Assembly (NCBI GenBank): GCA_951406725.2
Contig: OX597818.1
Location: 69,068,001 to 69,132,000, forward strand
Direction: 5' to 3'
Source of the DNA: Octopus vulgaris
Lineage: Eukaryota
Length of the DNA stretch: 64,000 nt
The notes under the pieces were generated by a model. That model saw only the letters and a list, made by a program, of their open reading frames with translations. It was not told the DNA's origin and searched no databases. The translations under genes and the position numbers were made by a program. Positions 53,287-64,000 of this stretch are shown in pieces; the first letter of the stretch is position 1, and every line of letters begins with the position of its first letter.

Positions 53287-53343
<57 letters not shown>

Positions 53344-53384
53344 GTTGTTGTTGTTATTATTATTATTATTACTATTATTATTCA

Positions 53385-53722
53385 GTAGTTTAAGTGTTAT
53401 AGTGTGCTTTCTCTTCACTACCGAGCGCAGCTCTGTGTGCCTTGGGTATGTGCTGTGATTTGTTGTGATGCTCTGATGGTTATTGTATGGAAAGTGTTCT
53501 GCGTAGGATGTGTGCAGTGCTTAGTACTGCAATTTTCTGTATGTTATATGTGTTTGTAAATCCTGGTGTTTTTGTTATGTATTTGTCTGAATATTTTTTT
53601 ATCATGCCTAATGCACCTACTATGATAGGAATTATTTCTGTTTTCAGGTTCCACATTCTGGTTACCTCTATTTCCAGATCTTTGTATTTTGAGAGTTTCT
53701 CCATTTCTTTTAGAGACACGTT
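53385..53722 (-). mobile_element. 5'-truncated R4/Dong-type LINE (restriction-like endonuclease C-terminus plus 3' UTR) inside (TAA)n
   Basis: The intact frame 53719-53480 reads SLKEMEKLSKYKDLEIEVTRMWNLKTEIIPIIVGALG..IQKIAVLSTAHILRRTL. TAA repeats lie on both sides. Confidence 0.9.
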
Positions 53723-53731
53723 AGAGACACG

Positions 53732-54398
<667 letters not shown>

Positions 54399-55557
54399 AA
54401 GACAGTGAGTTGGCAGAGTCGTTGGCACACTGGGAAAAAATGTTAGCAGCATTTCATTCATCCGTATGTTCTGAGTTCAAACTCCACCGACATCGACTGT
54501 GCCTTTCATCCTTTCGATGGTCGATGAAAAGTACCAGTTGCACACTGGGGGGAAACGCAATTAACTAGCCCTCCCGCAAATTTTTGGCCTTGTGCCTACA
54601 GAAGAAAAGAGTATTATCATCATCATCATCATCATCCTCATCATTATTGTTTTAGTTTTGCAAAGCTGAAACCCACGCAAATTATTGGAATAAATTTACG
54701 AAAGTCCACCATTAGAGCGTTCCTGAAAGAAACATAAATACTAAAACACAAAAAAGATTTTTCCATTTTTTCCATTATAATCTCCTCAATATATCTTATA
54801 ATTAATCTTGTATTTATTATTTGAGATTGCTCTTTTTGCTAACAGCTTAATCTCTCTAAATGCCGATTCCAAACAACACATGTTCAAGCTGAACTTCACC
54901 ATATTGTCCTTCTGTCATCTTGTACATTCTCTAACTCATCCTTCAAAACAAAATATCACATAGCAATGTCTGCCATATGGAAACTCTAATTCCACTGTAG
55001 TTGATAGATGAATATTCGTCTGCTGTGAAATTAATTCAAATATCATTACAAATATCTTTACAAACACCAAAAATGGTAAAAATATCTTCTTTTTTTTTTC
55101 TCTCAGAAAATAATCAATACCATAGAATTGCAAATGCTGTTTGCGAAATGTAGCCTGTTCAGAATAGTTAAACCATTCAGAAATAGCAGCTAACTTTTCC
55201 TCACATCATACTATTTCTGTTTGACCCTTTAGCATTTAAACTGGCCATGTTAGGCCCGGGTGTTCTACCTGTTTTATGTTCAAACTGGCCACATCCAGCC
55301 TCTCACACCTTCTTTAGAATATTATTCTAAAAATAAACAATCACATCATCGAAATTTTGAAACTACAGGATGAAGTAGGATTAATTCAAAACAATGTGGA
55401 TAAATAGACGTTACATGGGACTTTCTGAATACTAAAGGGTCAGATTTTCTGGGGTTGGTCTGTTTATCCTTTCCAGCACCTCACCATTTCTACCCTACCA
55501 GTCTCTACCTTGCCTCCTGAAAGGTTACTAGAGAAGCCAAGTGGTACAATTTATACT

Positions 55558-55596
<39 letters not shown>

Positions 55597-55641
55597 GTAT
55601 GTATTTATGTGTATATGTATATATATATATATGTATGTATT

Positions 55642-55695
<54 letters not shown>

Positions 55696-56806
55696 TAAAA
55701 CAGTCTTCTTTCACTTTCTTCCATCAAATCAACTGCCAAAACTTTTATCAGTCCTGGTCTATAACAGAAAGCAATTGCCCAAAATGCCCCACAGTGGGGA
55801 TCACCTGGAACTATGTGGTTGTGAAACAAACATCATAATGACACGTGCCAACTGATTATCTTTACCATCATCATTTAATGTCTACTTTTCCATTCTTGAA
55901 TAAATTAGGCAGACTTTGTCGAGGCAGATTTATTTTATCATCAGATGCCCCTGGTGTTGCCAACCCTCACCTGTTTCCAAATAACGTAATATTTTCCCTT
56001 TGCCAGACGAGGAAAATAGAAACAATGAGTCTTGTTTGCCAGCTGCCTCTGCTTGCTTACAGTGACCACATGATATCAAGAAAAGGGAAGGGTAGACACG
56101 GTCACCAGCACCTCACACACATCTCCATATAACATCACAGTCGTTAGAAACTTAGTGTGTGTCACTCAAGGGATATCAAAAGCTGTCAGTTTTCACTGTT
56201 ATACATTTAGACTTGGTCAAAGGTTTTCCCATCAGAGAATAACCAAAGTATGCTATGTTCCTGGGGGCTTTAACCTTATCAAATAACTGCTTGGTATAAA
56301 TCAAATGGTTTATGTATCTTTGCAGACATGAACTGGCCTTGCCTTAATACATACAACATGTCTGGAATGTCTTTGGGCAGCACAGTTCTGAGAGTCCACT
56401 CCGACACTTCATTTCTTTTGGCAGTGGTCTTCATTGATTATCTGGGATCACCAAGGATAATGTTTTGAAGCCATTGGATAAATTCTAGTATCCTAATCCT
56501 GTCTGAATGTTTTTCTCTTTGATTCGGTTGAAATATTCCTGCCACTGGCTTCCAATTTCATCCACATTTTGTGTACAAAATATCTTGTAACATTTAGCAA
56601 ATTGGCAATTACAAAATCGATTTGTTTTGTTCATATGGCTACAACAGCTCTGCATTTCTAGCATCAGCATTTTATACACCAGAGAGGATCTGAAAGAAAT
56701 AAAACCATTTAAATATGTTTACAGAGTGTATTATATTGATAATTAAGCATCCTCAAATAATTCTTGTGTCACGTGTGTGTGAGTGTGTGTGTGTGAGTGT
56801 GTGTGT

Positions 56807-56873
<67 letters not shown>

Positions 56874-57439
56874 TGAGGCCTGTTGTATATAAATGTGTTG
56901 CAAGGGGTGACATTTTTGACGTTTTCATTCCGCAGGTCGTCCACTTCCTCAACCGTTTCAAGTTCCTCTGGAAAGAAAAGTTTTCTTTATGCAAAATCAC
57001 TTGAAGGCTGGCAACATGAAAACAAGCTGGCTGTCAGAATCAGGCCTTAAATCCCTCCCAGTGTAACCCTTGCTACCAGGGGAGGAAAAGACATTAAACA
57101 CACAAGCAAAAGACAATTTAGGGTCCTTCGTGAGTGAATGGCATTCAGCTTGCAATATACTTCGTCCATGGTCAGAATATACATTCCCCCATTCCTGTTA
57201 AGTATCCAGAATATACTATGGGCTCGTTGAGAATGTACATTGTGAAGGACTTGCTAAATAATATTGGAAACACCCGATAGGAAAGTCAAGAAGCCTGTAA
57301 TGTGGCAATGCACCGTGATGCTGTTGAAATGACATTGAAGCCTTAGGCCATCAGAATTCATCTTTCTCTCAGAGTCAGAGCCAGGGATGCAAAAATACAA
57401 AATAAAAATCTACAGTAACAAGAAAAAGAATCCAACAAC

Positions 57440-57806
57440 AACAACATATATGCAGATATGCAAATGTATGTAATTATGTATATAACTACATGCATATGTA
57501 TATATTATATATATATATATATACATATGCATGTATTTATACATATATATGTGTGTGTGTGTGCATGTGTGTGTGCGTGTGTGTATGTGCGTGTCTGTGT
57601 ATAAGTATGTTGGGTAAGTATATGTATATTTATGTATGCATATATATATATATATATAATATATATATATGTGTGTGTGTGTGTGTGCATATATATTTAG
57701 AGATATGTAAATATAGAAACACACATACACAAACATACCTGTATATATTATATATCATATATATGTTATTTATATGCATATGTATATATTTATATAGCAT
57801 ACATAT

Positions 57807-57843
<37 letters not shown>

Positions 57844-58147
57844 TATGCATGAGTATGTATATTATATACTTATATGTGTGCGCGTGCGTGTGTGTGTATA
57901 ATACAACTTTGCACACATATATGTATACACATTTACTTCAAAATATAATATGCGTGCACACACAATTAAACAAACTCACATAAACACACACACACACACA
58001 TACACACATATGCGGATAATTCAACTGAGTATGTTCCAGGGAGGATAGTCTTGTGAAACAACAGTTTTGCAATGCAGCAGAGTCCCTTGTAAATGCCTTC
58101 AAGGTAGAATTGGAGGGATTTGATGAAGTAATAATAATAATAATAAA

Positions 58148-58181
<34 letters not shown>

Positions 58182-58609
58182 GCAATAAAGAAGCATGTGA
58201 TACAGAAAGCAAAAAAATGTGATCCAAGAAATGATGAAACATGTTGAAGAGTTGCAGAGCGTGTTTCGTGGCGGAGTCTCATGAAAGTTGTTCTGATTAG
58301 TAAAAAGACATTTAGAAATAGCTGGAGGGAATGGAAAACATTTGCTGGAATAAAAGAGAAGAAAAAAAGAAAGAAAAACAAACAGAATAATAAGCAAAAA
58401 GAAAAAGAAAGGAAAAATAAAAATAAATAATCATGATACGGCCTTGTACGAGTGCTTGCTCGTACATATGCATGCATCTGCACATACACATGCTTACAGG
58501 TGCATACGTGCACATTTTACCATACATACACATACACAAACCTACAAACACACACACACATATAGATATATGTATATATATATAAAAATTTCATATATAT
58601 ATATATATA

Positions 58610-58640
<31 letters not shown>

Positions 58641-58773
58641 TATATATATATATGTGTATATATATATATATATGTATATATATAAATATATTTATATATA
58701 TATTATATATGTATGCATGTACATGCATACACATAAATATATATATATATATATACATACATACACATATATG

Positions 58774-58820
<47 letters not shown>

Positions 58821-59108
58821 GCACATGCGTACACACACATATATATATGCATGTGCATGTGTCATGCACGTATCGCACTCTCACACACAAGTATGCATTC
58901 TCATATCTACATATACACACATATCCGCACACCTACACATTTTCTTCAGGATTGTGTACCAAATGAATGACATGAACACACACTCTATACACATGGCCTG
59001 TTTCAAAGAACAAAAAAAAATGTGTATGCTGATATATACTTATACACACACTCACACACACATACATATATATATATATACATGTACATACATACATATA
59101 TATACATA

Positions 59109-59145
<37 letters not shown>

Positions 59146-59620
59146 ATATATATATATAAATGTATATATATATGAATGTATGTATAAATGTATGTATACA
59201 AACAACAGTATCAGCACCATTCAGTGATATGTATATACACACACAAAGAGGCTCATCTCTAATCACAAGTATATTATACACTATACATCATTAGCTATAC
59301 ACTCATAATTTTAATAAACATTCATGCATGCATCACTGAACACAAATGTGTGTGTGTGAGTGTGGTTGTGTATGTGTGTGTGTGTGTGTTTAGTGGTGTA
59401 TAGTATATGTATGTATAGTTTACATCATAAAACACCCACTCACACAATCACACTTTCGCCCACACCCACCCACACATAATTTCATACACATACATACATA
59501 TATACATATATATATACACACAGATATATACATACGTACACACATACATAAACACATACATATGCATATACACATACATATACACATACATATACACACA
59601 CATATACACCCATATGAACA
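57440..59620. repeat. Extended TA/CA/TG compound microsatellite field with short unique interruptions
   Basis: Seen directly. Confidence 0.9.
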
Positions 59621-60639
59621 GATAAATATCAATGTTTGTTTAATGTCATGTTATATTGAAAAACAATTTTTACATTAAACTGAAGGATTAATCAATAGTT
59701 TTCAGTCATCATCCTTATCATCATCATCATCATCGACATCCTCACGATCATCATTATCATCATCATCATAATCATCCTCATCATCATCATCAGCATCTTT
59801 TTCCAGTCGTTGTCGTTGTCCACCTCCTTCTCCTCTTCTTCCCCCACCTCCTTTATTTCCTTTTTTCCTTCTTCTACTTCATCATTTCCTTTTTTCTTCT
59901 GCTTCTTCTTGTCTTCTTCATCTTCTTCACGTCATCGGCCTCCTCCACATCCTTCTCCTCCTCCTCCTCCTCCTCATCATCATCCTTGTACTTCATCATC
60001 ATCTTTTCCTCTTTTCTTCATCTTCTTCATCTTCTTCATCTTCTCGTCGTCAGCTTCCACCACTATCACCACCAGCACCACCTCTTCTTCTTCTTCTTCT
60101 TCTTCTTCTTCTTCTTCTTCTTCTTCTTCAATCTCATCCATTTTCCTGCTGGTATGCGTTGGAGGTTTTCCCAGGAGCTGCCCAGCCAGAGAGTTGCAAC
60201 AGGTTCCGGTTACCTGTTTTGCCATGGTTTCTATAGCTAGATGCTCTTTCTAATCTAATACTAACCACGTCACAGAGTGTACTGAACACTTTTTATGGGG
60301 CACCAACACATATGCTTCTTACATGATGCTAAAATCGGTGTCTTTCATGCGGCACCAGCACAAGTGTCTTTTACATGGCACCAGCACGGCTGGTTTGTAT
60401 GTGGCACCAACATATTAACAGGACATTACAAGGAAATGGTTGTTAATAATTTCCAAGTTTCAGCTTGCTCATCTTATGGCAAAGACAAGTAAACCATAAC
60501 TTCGCAGACACTGTCAATCTATTCATTATAAAAGTTTAATAAGCATGTGTGTCTATGTGTGTAATCTATATATATCTACATACATATGAATATATATATA
60601 TATATATATATACATACATACATATATATATATATATAT

Positions 60640-61019
60640 GTGAGCAAAACGCCTCCACCCTGTCCAATGGACGGTGCTGAGTTGTCAAACATTTAAACCA
60701 AATTTTCTCAAAACAACTTGTCCGACCATCCTATAGGCCTCCCCTTTGAGAAACACTTATTTAAACTAAATTTGAGATACCATGCATTTTTCTGGCATAC
60801 ATGTAGTATCGATCGCAGCAGCTGATGTACTTGCACGTACAAATGCACGTTACCACGGCTTTATCGATCGCATTCTCACCTGGAACCGATTTTTGTAATT
60901 TTTTCAAGACTTATACACGCCCAGATACCGTCTGTATCTACATATCAAATTTGAGCGCAATCGGATGGAGGATGCCCGAGATCCTAGAAGACACACACGC
61001 AGACAGACAGAACGGATTT

Positions 61020-61030
<11 letters not shown>
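60640..61030. mobile_element. Helitron/Helentron-like non-autonomous element
   Basis: CATATCAAATTTGAGCGCAATCGG...AGACAGACAGA..TTTTATATATAATA, a DINE-1/HINE-like pattern. CpG-rich relative to the window. Confidence 0.55.
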
Positions 61031-61064
<34 letters not shown>

Positions 61065-61069
<5 letters not shown>

Positions 61070-62772
61070 AGCCAAAGATAAACCCCTGTACTTGGATTTT
61101 GTGGACTTGGAGAAAGCCTTTGCCAGGGTTCCCCGATCCCTTATCTGGTGGGCAATGCAGAAACTGGGGATTGGCAAGTGATTAATAAGACCTGTATACG
61201 CCCAGGACAGGGATGCTGTTAGTAAGTTAAGGGTTGGCAAAGAGTATATAGAAGAATTCTGGGTAGAAGTAGGGATCCGCCAAAGATCATCCCTCAGCCC
61301 CGTGTCATTCATGACAGTCTTCCAGGTAATAACAGAGGAATTCAAGGCAGGTTGTTCCTGGGAGCTCCTCTATGCTGATGACCTTGCCCTCATTGCAGAA
61401 TCACTACCAGAACTAGAGAAGAAATTTCAGGTGTGGATGCAAGGTTTAGAATCAAATGGCCTTAGAGTCAATGTAAGCAAAAACCAAAGTCCTATTCAGT
61501 AGAAAGGTGAACACATCACAAACCCTTTCAGGTAGATGGCCCTGCTCGATTTGTAGAAAATGTATTGGTAGAAACTCCATAAGATGTGTCCAGTGTAAGC
61601 TATGGATGCATAAGAGGTGCAACAACATTAAAGGAAGATTAACTGAGAAGATAGTTTCGTGTGAGGTAGATGTACAGGGGCAGTAAGCACTGCAGATGGT
61701 CAGAAAACTGATTCCATCAGATGCCAGGGGAAGAAACTAGTAGTTGATAGCTTCAGCTACCTGCAATGGGGGTGGATGCTCGGAGACTGTTTCCACTAGA
61801 ATAAGAATAACCTGGGCAAAGTTCAGAAAGCTCCTACCTCTACTGGTGACAAAGAGCCTCTCGCTCAAAGTGAAAGGTAGATTGAATGATGCATCTTTGT
61901 GTACTGCCATGCTACACAGCAGTGAAACATGGGCCATGACTGATGAAGATGTGCGTAAGCTTGAAAGAAATGAAGTTAGTATGCTCCTCTGGATATGTAA
62001 TGTCAGTGTGCATACATGACAGAGAGTAAGTGCCCTGAGAGAAATGATGGACAAAAAAGCATCAGATGTGGTGTGCAAGAGAGATGACTGTGCTGGTATG
62101 GTCATGAGCTGCGTATGGGCGAGGAGAGCTGTGTGAAGTGTCACTTCTTAATGGTAGAAGGAACCTGTGGAAGAGGTAGACTCAGGAAGACATGGGATGA
62201 GGTGGTCAAGCATGACCAAACGCTGGGCCTCATGGAGGCAATGAAAAAAGACCAAGAACTCTGGAGATATGCTGTGATTGAGAAGACTCAACAAGTAAAG
62301 TGAGATTACAGCCATAGCCTACAACAGTGTTGTATGATCAACCCACTTAAAAATGTACCTTTGGATTGTTGGGTGACATAGCATGCTTGAGGAGACGTTT
62401 TGAGTCAAGTCAAAAAAAATCAAATGGAAATTGTAGTTGTGGCCTATGCCAGTGCTGCCCAACTGGCTCCCCGTGGGTCGTGGCACACAATGAGCACCAT
62501 TCATTGCCAGTGCAGCTTGACTGGCTCCCTGTTCTTCTGGCACATAAAAAGCACCATCCGAACATGGTCAATGCCAATGCTGCCTTACAGGCTCCCATTC
62601 CCCCACTACGCTCTTGGAGTGATTGGTGTTAGGAAGGACATCCAGCTGTAGAAACATTGCCAGGTCTGATTGGAGCTGGATGAGGCATCCTGGCTTGCCA
62701 GTCCCCAGTAAAACCATCCAATCCTTGCCAGCATGGATAACAGATGTTAAACGATGATGGTGATGATGATGA
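61065..62772 (+). mobile_element. 5'-truncated RTE-clade LINE (RT domains 3-7, C-terminus, 3' UTR, GAT tail)
   Basis: FVDLEKAFARVPR, VGIRQRSSLSP, ELLYADDLAL, GLRVNVSK, VVDSFSYL, MLHSSETWAM and GRGRLRKTWDEVV. Stop at 62303. Frameshifted. Confidence 0.95.
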
Positions 62773-62924
62773 TATACATATACAAATACATACATGTTTA
62801 CACACATACATACATACACACACACACACAGACATACATACATGCATGCATGCATACATACATTCATACATGCATGCATACATACATGCATGCATACACA
62901 CACATACGTACGTACATACATACA

Positions 62925-63019
62925 TACATACATACATACATACATACATACATACATACATACATACATACATACATACATACATACATACATACATACA
63001 TACATACATACATACATAC

Positions 63020-63050
<31 letters not shown>
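62925..63050. repeat. (TACA)n/(TCTA)n microsatellite
   Basis: Seen directly. Confidence 0.97.
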
Positions 63051-63053
<3 letters not shown>

Positions 63054-63673
63054 GCATATATACAAAAGCTTTCTGTCTACCAAATCCACACATGAGGCCC
63101 GAGTCAACCCAAAGCTATTGCAGAGGACACTTGCTCAGTGTGCCAGACAGTAGGACTGAACCTGGAACCATGTAGCTGGGAAGCAACCTTTTTACCACAC
63201 AGCCACGCCAGTGCCTATATGAGTGTGTGGTTTTTTATACATATATATATACTGACATAAATACAAATACATGTATATACACAGGCATGCACACACACAC
63301 ACACACAAACACACACAGCATCACAATATCTCGACAGTTACCAATATCACAGCAAACTCATGCACAAACATTTGGTGCTGCACGCATATCTGCAAGGCTT
63401 CACCATAAAACACAGCCGACATTCTACGTAGAGGGACGAAGGAAAATCATGCGACCTAATCTCCTGGATGCATATAACATTAGTAGCATCTCTATAAACA
63501 TTTCATTCCCTCTCTCTCCCTTTATACACATGCAAACACACACACATACCTATGTACGTATACTTACATACAGACACCCACACGTGCATGCACAGAAACA
63601 TACACATATACACACATACACACACACATACATACATACATATGAACTGTGTGCTATAGATATGTATGCATGC

Positions 63674-64000
<327 letters not shown>

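Noticed and set aside
56485-56700. Minus-strand acceptor plus 64-aa Cys-containing ORF
   Set aside because: No recognisable domain and no supporting partner exon; compatible with chance.

Overview
AT-rich, microsatellite-saturated eukaryotic DNA with no intact protein-coding gene, rRNA, bona fide tRNA or CRISPR array. The repeat landscape strongly resembles an octopus (coleoid cephalopod) intron or intergenic region; the species assignment is inference. Almost all ORFs in the supplied track are translations of microsatellites or SINEs. The window is a fossil record of transposons. DNA-transposon remnants include mariner, DD41D-like, maT-like, pogo/Tigger, piggyBac and hAT MITEs and Helitron-like elements. 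Retrotransposon remnants include two RTE-type LINEs, three R4/Dong-type loci, a Penelope GIY-YIG fragment, and at least three tRNA-derived SINE families. About 25 copies share one RTE-type 3' end. The most notable items are: (1) short Penelope/retrozyme-like repeats carrying minimal type I hammerhead folds with a compensatory U3-A8 core; (2) an RTE LINE with a 5' inversion plus breakpoint duplication, the geometry of twin priming; (3) a C4HC3 PHD-like finger inserted inside an RTE reverse transcriptase; (4) microsatellite-associated retroposon pile-ups; and (5) a few orphan + strand exon candidates. All translations and alignments were done by eye, and boundaries of degenerate elements are approximate.
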